From an uncultured candidate division Zixibacteria bacterium (lineage in GTDB: Bacteria > Zixibacteria > MSB-5A5 > GN15 > PGXB01): a stretch of 64,000 nt of DNA. The translations under genes and the position numbers were made by a program. The stretch's first letter is position 1, and each line of letters begins with the position of its first letter. Below are positions 40,882 through 50,128 of this stretch, in pieces. The stretch lies in assembly GCA_963702205.1 (NCBI GenBank), contig OY969724.1, forward strand, positions 576,001 through 640,000, written 5' to 3'. The notes beneath the pieces were generated by a model. It was not told the origin of the DNA. It worked only from the letters and a program-made list of their open reading frames with translations, and made no database searches.

Positions 40882-41412
40882 ATGAAAAAACTAAACCTCA
40901 TTTTCGGTGTTATTGCGGCCGTCCTATTAATTTCAGGCTGCGGCGGCAAGAACGGTATTGTGGAGGACAACAGCGGACATCCGGCTTCAATTGCCGCGAT
41001 ATTCCCTGCCGACGGGAGCACCGGTGTGGCGCCGTCGACCTCGATCAGTATCAAATTTTCCGGCCCGGTCGATACGCTTTCGGCTATGCACGACATTCAT
41101 CTTGCCGGGGGCGAGCAGATGCACCACTGGCACGATTCGCTGGACCATTACGGCGGTTACGGCATGATGAGCGGCGACATGTGGAATTATATGATGAACT
41201 GGATGGATTCCATCATGGTACCGGGAACGTATCACTGGAACGGTCAAAGAGATTCGCTGGTGTTCACGCCTAATGCCGCGCTGCTGACGAATACGGATTA
41301 TCTGTGCGCATTTTTCAAGGACAGCACGGCTGAGAATCATCATAACATGATGAAAAACCCGAGCCCGATGTACGACGGCCTTCAGATGTACGGATTCACG
41401 ACCGGGCAGTGA
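40882..41412 (+). CDS. Lipoprotein with an Ig-like (Big_5) domain and a His/Met-rich insert
   Basis: Lipobox LISG-C, PADGSTGV...ISIKFS and MHHWH...MMSGDMWNYMMNWM. Confidence 0.75.
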   Translation: MKKLNLIFGVIAAVLLISGCGGKNGIVEDNSGHPASIAAIFPADGSTGVAPSTSISIKFSGPVDTLSAMHDIHLAGGEQMHHWHDSLDHYGGYGMMSGDMWNYMMNWMDSIMVPGTYHWNGQRDSLVFTPNAALLTNTDYLCAFFKDSTAENHHNMMKNPSPMYDGLQMYGFTTGQ

Positions 41413-41428
41413 GCGGTGCCCTGTCTGA

Positions 41429-41524
41429 TTACATGGATTGATCTTTCCCGTCTCGGCGCAATAGAGCTTTAAAGCGAGGGTCATCGCGAAGCGGGTCCCA
41501 ATCGCTGTCCAGTTTGAGTTGGTT
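41429..41524 (-). pseudogene. Detached C-terminus of the 42808-45348 kinase
   Basis: Reads NQLKLDSDWDPLRDDPRFKALLRRDGKDQSM*, in frame once the IS is removed. Confidence 0.85.
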
Positions 41525-41550
41525 TGACCTTCCCCCCATTTGATGGACAC

Positions 41551-42444
41551 TCAGTTAAGACACGGTGATTGCTTCCGTGTCGGTTGTGGTCTGGCGGCGG
41601 ATTCGTACTCGGCCGGGCTCACTGAACCCAGCGACGAATGCCGACGCTGACCGTTGTAAAACACCTCAATATACTCAAAGATCTTCGCCTTCGCTTCATC
41701 TCTGGTCACGAAGTTCTCGTGATGCACCAGCTCCTGCTTCAACGTGCCCCAGAACGACTCCATCGGTGCGTTGTCCCAGCAATCACCTCTCCGACTCATG
41801 CTGGTGATGGCCTGATGCTGACGAAGGAGCTTTTGATAGTCTCCGGCCGCATACTGCTTGCCCTGGTCGCTGTGGTGGATCAGCCCCGGACCCGGGCGAT
41901 ACCGCACCAGGGCCTGCCCAAGCGCGCTCAAGGTCAACTCAGCGTTGATCCGAGGACTCATGGCACAGCCGACCACCCGACGGGTGTACAGATCCAGCAC
42001 GCCGGCCAGATACAGCCAGCCCTCGGTCGTCGGGATATACGTGATATCAGCTAGCCACACCCGGTTCGGACTGGCAGCGGTAAAGTCGCGGCTCAACAGA
42101 TTCGGCGCCACCGGCAACTTGTGCTTCGAATCCGTCGTTGCCTTGAACTTTTTTACCGCCTTTGGCCGTATCCCATGCAGACGCATGAGCCTGGCCACTC
42201 GCTTCTCGTTACAGACATGTCCCTGATCGTGCAACTCATCGGTCACACGAGGCGAACCGTAGGTCCGACGACTCCTCAGGTACGCCTGCCGGATCAGCGG
42301 CAGCAACTGCCGATTCTGCATCGACCGCGCACTCTCCGGTCGGACCAGCCAGGCATAGTAGCCGCTCCGTGAGACACTCAGCACCCGGCTCATCAACGTA
42401 AGTCGAAACTGTGACGCATGGTCCCGCATAAAGGCATATCTCAC
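41551..42444 (-). CDS. IS3 transposase OrfB (DDE)
   Basis: WLADITY, HHSDQG and DNAPMESF. Confidence 0.95.
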   Translation of the reverse strand: MRYAFMRDHASQFRLTLMSRVLSVSRSGYYAWLVRPESARSMQNRQLLPLIRQAYLRSRRTYGSPRVTDELHDQGHVCNEKRVARLMRLHGIRPKAVKKFKATTDSKHKLPVAPNLLSRDFTAASPNRVWLADITYIPTTEGWLYLAGVLDLYTRRVVGCAMSPRINAELTLSALGQALVRYRPGPGLIHHSDQGKQYAAGDYQKLLRQHQAITSMSRRGDCWDNAPMESFWGTLKQELVHHENFVTRDEAKAKIFEYIEVFYNGQRRHSSLGSVSPAEYESAARPQPTRKQSPCLN

Positions 42445-42743
42445 TTCGACCGGCGACTGAAGACGGCCAGCGCTTTTTTTAAAATGTCCCGCTCCTCCGT
42501 CACATCGGCCAATTGCCGCTGCAACCGACGCAGTTCTTCCTGCTCCGGACTCAGGTGACCCTTACCCGGAAACGCCGCCTCGCCCTCCTGGGCAAACTGG
42601 CTGCGCCACCGATGCAGCATGTTCTCGCTGATTCCCAGATCACGGGCCACCCCGGCCACTGTCCGGCCCGCCTCACGGCTCAGCCGTACTGCTTCCAACT
42701 TGAACTCCCGGTCGTACTTCCGTCGATTCGATCCTGATGACAT
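42441..42743 (-). CDS. IS3 transposase OrfA (HTH); A7G -1 slippery site at 42473-42480
   Basis: YDREFKLEAV...VARDLGI and ERDILKKA. Confidence 0.93.
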   Translation of the reverse strand: MSSGSNRRKYDREFKLEAVRLSREAGRTVAGVARDLGISENMLHRWRSQFAQEGEAAFPGKGHLSPEQEELRRLQRQLADVTEERDILKKALAVFSRRSK

Positions 42744-42807
42744 CTGAACACCTCCGGATAGTAACATAACCCTATCCTTTCGATCTGTCCACTAATCCGG
42801 GGGAAGG

Positions 42808-45348
42808 TCAGTTGACGGATAAGTTGTATGGTACTGTCATAAGTTGTTCTAAGGCATCCATCGCTTCATCATATTTGCCGATCATAGTATAGATTTGGGC
42901 TTTGTCGTGGAGATTTATCGCCTTAGGTCTTTCCGAAGACGGATTTCGTCGTGCATCGACATAAGAATCCAGTTCAGCCACCGCCGCAGAATCCATTTCA
43001 AGAACTGCATACATTTCCGCAAGAAGCAAATGCCTTGAATTATATTTTGAATACAAATGAATTGACATCTCGACCGCAATTCTCAGCGAATCAGCCAGTC
43101 TTATTGCCTCACGTTTATTCCCGCTTGCATAGTAAACCCATACCTTTAACCATGTCAGATAATCCTCAAGATTCTGGCCTTCCATTGCCACGAATGCCGA
43201 GTCGAGATGTTGAAGGGCGTCGGTCCAGGCGTGCCGAAAGCCGTAGTATTCATTCCAAACCCAAAAAGCTCCTCTGTCAAACCGATCGGGAAGCTGCATG
43301 AGTGCATTGTAGCAACTGTCGAGTTCGCCCAATCCCATAAAAACTCGCGCCTTTTCCAGATAGGCGAATTGCTGATCCGGCCTTCGGGACAATGATTCGT
43401 CGAAAAACTCCAGCGCCTCACGATAACGCCTGAGTCTCATTAAAGAGTGCCCTACTTGGGAGGCCTTTGTTGCATCAAGCGGGTCGAGATTGTGAGCCTG
43501 CTTATAATGACTTAATGATTCGTCAAAATGACCTTTGGACCACTTTAAAGCCGCCGTTATATAATGTAGGTCCGAGGTTCCCGCCAGGTCCAATCTGGCT
43601 TTTTCCATGTGAGCGGCTGCGCTGTCATTTTGGTTAATCCCCCAAAGATAATAATACGCCATTGTCAGGTGACCATCACTAAGCAGAGAATCCAGATCGA
43701 GCGATTTTTGCGTAGCTTCAAATGCCATTTTTAGTCTTCCGGGTGTGCGGTCATGATTGTAAGCGTACATACGCAGATGTGCGAATCCCAGTTGGGACCA
43801 GGCTTCGGCGAAGCCGGAATCGAGAGATATTGACCGCTCTAACAGCCTTATGGCTATTTCATAATCTTCGCGACGCCAATCAACCTGCCTGAGGAGTTCG
43901 CGTCCCCGCAGATACAGGCAGTATGCTTCGCTATTTTCAGTGAGTTTTGCGGCGATATTGTGCTGTTTGTCATGCAGCAGGCTCACGCCCAACTCCTGGG
44001 CGATTTTGAGCGCGATGGAACCCTGAGTGTTGAAAATATCTGTTAAAGACGATTCATAAACATCCGCCCATACATGCGCATTATTGGACACGTCGATTAA
44101 TTGCGGGGTAATGCGGACTCTTGAGATGTCCCCTGATCGATCCCATCGGACCGAACCCTCAAGGATATAATCCACCCCAAGTTCGCGCGCAATCTGCGGG
44201 ATGCTTTTCGATGAAGCTTTATACAGCATAGCACTGGTCCGTGAAATGACGCCAAGTTCGGAAATGCGGGCAAGCCGTGACGTAATTTCCTCCGTCATGC
44301 CGTCGGCGAAATAGGCGTCTTCGGGGCTTCCGATATTTTCAAACGGCAGGACCGCAATCATTTTTTGGGACGCCTTGGGGTTGTCGGGTTCTTTAGTGAC
44401 CAGAAGGATGGTAAAAAAAACGACCGTAATTAAGATCGCAGCCACCAGCATTTTTAAGAGTCGACTTCTGCCCTGACTTGCAATCGATAAACCAGCGCTT
44501 GTGCCTGTTCTTTTCAAATCGCTTATAAGGTCGGCGGCCGTTTGATATCTTAAATCAGCATTCTTCTCAAGCAGCCTGAAAATTACCCTATCAAAATCCT
44601 GATTTATCTCACGGTTGAATCGCGCCATAGGCTGGGGTGTAACATCCAGGATGGCCTGGGTCGTGCCAACTTCAGTATCCTTAATAAAAGGATTATGAGT
44701 TGTAACCATCTCGTAAATAAGAATCCCAACTGAGAACAAGTCGCTCCGTTGGTCGATTTCATCGCCACGAACTTGCTCGGGCGACATGTAGCCAATTGTG
44801 CCCAGAGTCGAACCGGTTTTGGTTAGTTGTTCAGAGCCTCGGATCGTGGCCAGTCCGAAATCGACAATTCGCACCCGGCCGTGGTCGTCAATCAGAATGT
44901 TCGATGGTTTGATATCTCGGTGAATGATGCCTTTATTATGAGCGGCCTGAAGTCCTTCACAAACTTGAATGGCGATTTCAATGATGCGGTCGATAGGCAG
45001 GTCTTTGTCATCAATTACTTCTTTGAGTGACCGTCCTTCGACCACCTGCATGGCGTAGAACGGGCGGTTTTGATATTCACCGACTTCGTAGATGGCGGCG
45101 ATATTGGGATGATCCAGGGCAGCGGCGGCCTGGGCTTCACGCGTAAAACGCTTTCGGCAGTCCTCGTCCTGACACAGATGCGGCGGTAGGAATTTGAGCG
45201 CGACTTTACGGTTGAGCTTGGTGTCGACCGCCAGATATACCTCACCCATCCCCCCGGCGCCGATTTTTTCGATAATCCGGTAATGCCCGACCTCGGTCCC
45301 GGCGGCCAGGAACGTAAAACTGCGGGTTTTGTCGTCGTCAGATGGCAT
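42808..45348 (-). CDS. Ser/Thr protein kinase with TM, TolB-N-like and TPR domains (C-terminus clipped by IS3)
   Basis: GAGGMG, VALK, HRDIKPSN, DFG, IAVLPFEN and TPR-like helices. Confidence 0.92.
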   Translation of the reverse strand: MPSDDDKTRSFTFLAAGTEVGHYRIIEKIGAGGMGEVYLAVDTKLNRKVALKFLPPHLCQDEDCRKRFTREAQAAAALDHPNIAAIYEVGEYQNRPFYAMQVVEGRSLKEVIDDKDLPIDRIIEIAIQVCEGLQAAHNKGIIHRDIKPSNILIDDHGRVRIVDFGLATIRGSEQLTKTGSTLGTIGYMSPEQVRGDEIDQRSDLFSVGILIYEMVTTHNPFIKDTEVGTTQAILDVTPQPMARFNREINQDFDRVIFRLLEKNADLRYQTAADLISDLKRTGTSAGLSIASQGRSRLLKMLVAAILITVVFFTILLVTKEPDNPKASQKMIAVLPFENIGSPEDAYFADGMTEEITSRLARISELGVISRTSAMLYKASSKSIPQIARELGVDYILEGSVRWDRSGDISRVRITPQLIDVSNNAHVWADVYESSLTDIFNTQGSIALKIAQELGVSLLHDKQHNIAAKLTENSEAYCLYLRGRELLRQVDWRREDYEIAIRLLERSISLDSGFAEAWSQLGFAHLRMYAYNHDRTPGRLKMAFEATQKSLDLDSLLSDGHLTMAYYYLWGINQNDSAAAHMEKARLDLAGTSDLHYITAALKWSKGHFDESLSHYKQAHNLDPLDATKASQVGHSLMRLRRYREALEFFDESLSRRPDQQFAYLEKARVFMGLGELDSCYNALMQLPDRFDRGAFWVWNEYYGFRHAWTDALQHLDSAFVAMEGQNLEDYLTWLKVWVYYASGNKREAIRLADSLRIAVEMSIHLYSKYNSRHLLLAEMYAVLEMDSAAVAELDSYVDARRNPSSERPKAINLHDKAQIYTMIGKYDEAMDALEQLMTVPYNLSVN
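44783..45276. repeat. Near-identical kinase-core DNA, copy A (copy B at 47459-47952)
   Basis: Ungapped match at an offset of 2676 bp with scattered substitutions. Confidence 0.88.
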
Positions 45349-45351
45349 AGT

Positions 45352-48033
45352 TTATTTCACATGCGGATCGAAATTTTCGATCAGGTAGAGGTCTCTTTGA
45401 ATCTGCCCCAATTCATATACAAGGAATGATTCATCGGGCGAAATTGCCACGGCGGTACCATCGAAAAACCAATCCATATCAGGCAGTATACTTAATGTGT
45501 CGGTTTTCCCGGATTCAATATTGGTTTTGGCAACAACACGATCCTTTGTAAGGTATTGAACCCATTTACTGTCTTTGCTCCAACCAAGAGTATAGGCATT
45601 GGCAGTGATCAGAAACCTGGCTTTTTTATCTTCAAATGAATATATCCAAACTTCTCTGCCCGGTGAAACCGCTATATAGCGACCGTCGGGAGAGTAATGG
45701 GTCCAGCAAAGTCTGTCTTTAAGCGGTTCACATTCCAATGATGATGTGTCTCCGGTTGAGACATTTACACAAATTGGTGCTATTCGTTGGCCATGGCTGA
45801 TGACAATCGTATTAGGGATGGTCCAATCCATGCAGTCTGCTTCGAAGGATATGCCCCAATTCAAACTGCTATATCTCATGCTGCCGGTTCTTTCAGCATA
45901 TACAAATGCCAGATGGCTGGCGACTTTGCCCAAAAGACTGTCAGCTTTGCCCATGAGGCTATCGAGGCTGAAGAATGCAATTTGTTCTCCACTTGGCGAC
46001 CATACCGGCGGCGTATTGAAAATGCCCCTATGTGTCAGCTGTATGGATTCGCCACCCGCGCTTGGAATCACAAATATCTGAAACGTCCCATTGTCTTCAG
46101 CTGAATATGCGATTAATTTGCCGTCCGGAGAAATTGACGGATTCTTAACCCATCCGGTGCCAAATGTCAGTTGCCGTCGATGAACCTGTTTATAATCTGA
46201 TCCTTGCTGAATATCTGCGGCAATGAGGTTGCTTGAAACGCGAAGTTGCCTCATTAGGATTCTTTTGCCATCTTTGGGCACAGTTAATCCGAGACTGACT
46301 GGCAGCCCCGAAACCAGTATTTCATATTGGCCCTCACATTCCCCGGTTACGGCATTAAATTTTAGTCTGACGATACGATTTGAATTCGGACCAAAACCGC
46401 CTAATATCGCATAGATGGCATCATTTGATGGTGATAATGTCGGCCCCGAAAAAAAACCCTCGGCAATCCGATGCACCTGACCATTACCGATGTCAGCCGC
46501 AAAAACCCCGACCAGTGAATCAGAGTATCCAATGAATACCAGCCAGCGTCCGTTGCCAGTCACGCCTCCGAATTCAACGTCCTGAAACCCTATCGATAAT
46601 GGAATGGCCGTAGTATCCCCTGTTTGTTTATCTGTCAGTATTATTCTATTGGCATCGGCAATAGTAATAAACCGTTTTCCATCGGGCATCCAGGACAGAT
46701 CCCAGTAATAATCGGCCGTACCCGGAACGATAAAGCGCCGGAACTGACCTCCGAGGCGAGGGATCAGAAAGACATCGATGCGGTCCGGATCCCCGCTTTG
46801 ATGTGCTCGGATTATTAATTCTTTGCCGTCAGGTGACCAGCGCATAGCCTCCACATAGTCTCCTTCAAACAGCTTTATTGCTTGTTGGCCATCGAAATCA
46901 CTCACATAAACTGTCATTGTCAATTTATCCTGATTCTTGCTCGAATAGGCATAGTACGTGCCATCGGGAGAGATTACTCCATAATAGGCACTTCCGGAAT
47001 TGGTTACTTTCCTGAATTCAGGAGTGACAATCGTGTATTTATGTCCCGAACGCATATAAAAAAATATTGAAATGCCAGTAAAAACGATTATAACGGAGGT
47101 CAATATCAGCCAGAAATATGTGGGGCGATGCAAAGTCCTCGTGGCTGTGATGATGGAGTTGCTTGAGTCCAGGGAGCGTTTTAGCTGGAGCAGGTCGGCC
47201 CTCAGATCATCAGCATGCTGGTAGCGGGTCTTTGTATCTTTGTCCAGGGCCTTGTCGAGAATCGGCTGGATACCGTCGGGAAGGTCGGCCCGGTAGCGGG
47301 CCGCCGGCTGTGGGTTATCGTCACTCACAGCTTTCAACGTGGCCGCCTCAGAGTCGCGTTTGAAGGGATTTTGTCTGGTGATGAGTTCGTATAGTACGAC
47401 TCCGAGTGAGAACAAGTCACTGCGCTGATCTATGTCTTCGCCACGAACCTGTTCCGGCGACATGTAGCCAATTGTGCCCAGAGTCGAACCGGTTTTGGTC
47501 AATTGTTCAGAGCCTTGAATAGACGCCAGCCCGAAATCGACAATTCGCACCCGGCCATGGTCGTCAATCAGAATGTTCGATGGTTTGATATCTCGGTGAA
47601 TGATGCCTTTATTATGAGCGGCCTGAAGTCCTTCACAAACTTGAATGGTGATTTCAATGATGCGGTCGATAGACAGGTCTTTGTCATCAATTACTTTTTT
47701 GAGCGACCGTCCTTCGACCACCTGCATGGCGTAGAACGGGCGGTTTTGATATTCACCGACTTCGTAGATGGCGGCGATATTGGGATGATCCAGGGCAGCG
47801 GCGGCCTGGGCTTCACGCGTAAAACGCTTTCGGCAATCCTCGTCCTGACACAGATGCGGCGGAAGAAATTTGAGCGCGACTTTACGGTTGAGCTTGATAT
47901 CGACCGCCAGATATACCTCACCCATCCCCCCGGCGCCGATTTTTTCGATAATTTTGTAATGCAGAACCTCAGTTCCCGGTGCCAGAATTATAAAGGACAT
48001 AGTCCTGTCGTCATTTGACTCATCTTGTGACAT
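45352..48033 (-). CDS. Ser/Thr protein kinase with TM and PD40/TolB-like beta-propeller
   Basis: Kinase motifs followed by repeated SPDG motifs. Confidence 0.92.
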   Translation of the reverse strand: MSQDESNDDRTMSFIILAPGTEVLHYKIIEKIGAGGMGEVYLAVDIKLNRKVALKFLPPHLCQDEDCRKRFTREAQAAAALDHPNIAAIYEVGEYQNRPFYAMQVVEGRSLKKVIDDKDLSIDRIIEITIQVCEGLQAAHNKGIIHRDIKPSNILIDDHGRVRIVDFGLASIQGSEQLTKTGSTLGTIGYMSPEQVRGEDIDQRSDLFSLGVVLYELITRQNPFKRDSEAATLKAVSDDNPQPAARYRADLPDGIQPILDKALDKDTKTRYQHADDLRADLLQLKRSLDSSNSIITATRTLHRPTYFWLILTSVIIVFTGISIFFYMRSGHKYTIVTPEFRKVTNSGSAYYGVISPDGTYYAYSSKNQDKLTMTVYVSDFDGQQAIKLFEGDYVEAMRWSPDGKELIIRAHQSGDPDRIDVFLIPRLGGQFRRFIVPGTADYYWDLSWMPDGKRFITIADANRIILTDKQTGDTTAIPLSIGFQDVEFGGVTGNGRWLVFIGYSDSLVGVFAADIGNGQVHRIAEGFFSGPTLSPSNDAIYAILGGFGPNSNRIVRLKFNAVTGECEGQYEILVSGLPVSLGLTVPKDGKRILMRQLRVSSNLIAADIQQGSDYKQVHRRQLTFGTGWVKNPSISPDGKLIAYSAEDNGTFQIFVIPSAGGESIQLTHRGIFNTPPVWSPSGEQIAFFSLDSLMGKADSLLGKVASHLAFVYAERTGSMRYSSLNWGISFEADCMDWTIPNTIVISHGQRIAPICVNVSTGDTSSLECEPLKDRLCWTHYSPDGRYIAVSPGREVWIYSFEDKKARFLITANAYTLGWSKDSKWVQYLTKDRVVAKTNIESGKTDTLSILPDMDWFFDGTAVAISPDESFLVYELGQIQRDLYLIENFDPHVK

Positions 48034-48137
48034 TGAAGAATATCCTTACCGCTGAAAATCCCTATACCATAACATAAGCCAATTCTGTTTGTATTGCAAA
48101 TTCTATATTTGGCGGCAAAGTCCGGATTGGCAAGGAA

Positions 48138-48956
48138 TCAAAATCGGTAGCGCAATGAAACACCGGGGCCGGCGTTGGCGTCAAAAGGGCTGACGGAAAA
48201 GTGGCTCCGGCTTTTGTCTTTATGCGCCAGCTTTAAAGAGACGTAGCTTCCCAGGATGGCTCCGGCTATGACATCGCTCGTATAGTGTTTTCCCTCCTGA
48301 AGGCGCGAGAGGCCCACATAACCGGCCAGCGCGAATGCCGGTATGCCGGCGGCCGGACCGAAGTCGGAATAAATGACGCCGGCCGTGGTGAAGGCCGACG
48401 ACGTGTGACCCGACGGATACGAATAGTTCGCGCCGCTCGGCCGGGGGCGGTTGACTGCGACTTTCAGTGCCACCGTAAAGAGACCGTTCATCGCCTGGGC
48501 TCGTATCAGATCAGAGCCGAATTTTGACAGGCGCGATGAACCGGCGAGTTTTCCCACGCCCCATGAAGCCGCCGAAACTGCGACCGGGAAGATACCGTCA
48601 CCGATGATTTCACCGGTCTCGAAAAAGGCCTCGGCGAATGGCGACGGGCCCCAGTCTTCGGTCACCTCGATCGATTCATGTTTAAACGGTGCTTTGAACA
48701 CTTCGGGCGTGATACCGAGCCCGCCGACGACGAAATAGAAATCCGGCTGCGTTGTCAGGTATTCAAGGTCGTTCCAGACTTCATGAATTATGAACTGGTG
48801 GCTTGAGGAGTCAGGGGATTCATACGATTGCCGGTCGGTTGCGGTCTGTTCGGAGGAGGGCGCATTTAGTTCGCGTGCGCTTAAGAAACCGGGGGAAATT
48901 GCCAGAAAACAGGTTATAAATAATATCCAATGCGGGCCAGGTCGGTTCGATTTCAT
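48138..48956 (-). CDS. PAP2 family phosphatase
   Basis: KVAVNRPRP, PSGH and SRLQEGKHYTSD. Confidence 0.9.
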   Translation of the reverse strand: MKSNRPGPHWILFITCFLAISPGFLSARELNAPSSEQTATDRQSYESPDSSSHQFIIHEVWNDLEYLTTQPDFYFVVGGLGITPEVFKAPFKHESIEVTEDWGPSPFAEAFFETGEIIGDGIFPVAVSAASWGVGKLAGSSRLSKFGSDLIRAQAMNGLFTVALKVAVNRPRPSGANYSYPSGHTSSAFTTAGVIYSDFGPAAGIPAFALAGYVGLSRLQEGKHYTSDVIAGAILGSYVSLKLAHKDKSRSHFSVSPFDANAGPGVSLRYRF

Positions 48957-49378
48957 GAAAGATAACTCCTTCGCGGTTATATTGGGGTCAAGTAAGACGA
49001 GACCCTTAATTAATTCTCGGTCGCAAATTCGTTATCTTGAAACTCTTGTATCTCCATCTTGTGGGTATTATCCGCCCGCTTCGTGCGGTATACTAAATAA
49101 TACGCTCCGACACCGGCTTTGGAGGAGGAATTGCGCCCGGTGTTCAGAAATACTACAATATTGTATAATAGTCTTAGTGGGTCCGTGTTATAGACAAATC
49201 GGGGAACCAAACTCATGAACGGCGGTTTAAAAATATAATGACGCCGGATTGTCCGTGCGTCCGGCCGATCGAACCCGGATATTCTTAAAGGAGCGTGTTT
49301 AGAGTCTGTCGGTAACTGCCAGGCCTTAACGATACAATCGGTTTTTGAAGAACCTGTTGAATGAAAGGTTACTGAATC

Positions 49379-49895
49379 ATGACCAGATATGCACGTCCGA
49401 AAAATGCAGTTCGATTGTCGGCAGTTTTATTCCTGACATTGTTATCAACGGTCGTCACGACCAGGGCGGAACAGGTTCCGGATTCAATTGATGTCATTCA
49501 AACGGTTGTTCCTGACAGCCTTGATCTAAAAGGCAAGGTCGTCTATGTCGATTTTTGGGCTTCGTGGTGCGGTCCCTGCCGCCTGTCGTTTCCGTGGATG
49601 CAGGCGTTGTACGATAGAGTACCATAAAAGCGGTTTCGAAATCATCGCGGTAAACGTCGATAAAGACCACAAAGCCGCGCTCGAATTCATGAAAAACATG
49701 CACGCCTCTTTTCCCAAAGTATTCGATTCCACCGGGAACCTCGCCAAGCGCTACGGTCTGGACGCGATGCCGTCGTCGTTCGTTTACGGCCGCGACGGGC
49801 GACTCGTGGCGACGCATCAGGGTTTCGTGCAGGACAAGGCCGACAGCATAGAGTATGATATTTTTCAGCTTTTGAATAAAGGACGGTCGAAATGA
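49379..49895 (+). CDS. TlpA-family thiol-disulfide reductase, split by a +1 frameshift near 49613-49619
   Basis: [10 protein letters not shown], then [10 protein letters not shown]...MPSSF in the next frame. Confidence 0.85.
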
Positions 49896-50128
49896 AGAAA
49901 CGTCCCATGATTATCATAAGCTTTCTGGTCGTTATAGTATTGTCGTTTTTCCTGTCCGGGTGCGCCGTGGTCGGTGTGCAGGTTTGGGAGCGCGATGTGC
50001 TATCCAGGCCGGAAATGCAGATGGACAGTCCGGCCCTGGACCGGGCCATGGACGATCATATCTATTTCAGTAAAGAAGCATCGAGCGGCGGCCGCAGTTT
50101 CGGCGGAGGTGGCTGCGGATGCAACTGA
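49892..50128 (+). CDS. DUF4266-like small lipoprotein
   Basis: Lipobox LSG-C, WER and C-terminal GGGGCGCN. Confidence 0.88.
   Translation: MKKRPMIIISFLVVIVLSFFLSGCAVVGVQVWERDVLSRPEMQMDSPALDRAMDDHIYFSKEASSGGRSFGGGGCGCN

Larger units (their letters stand above)
41525..42810 (-). mobile_element. IS3-family insertion sequence, 1286 bp
   Basis: TIRs TGACCTTCCCCC...GGACA at both ends, 3-bp TSD GTT, orfA/orfB. Confidence 0.95.

Noticed and set aside
44783..47952. Diversity-generating retroelement TR/VR pair
   Set aside because: Both copies are coding kinase cores, mismatches are not adenine-specific, and there is no reverse transcriptase.
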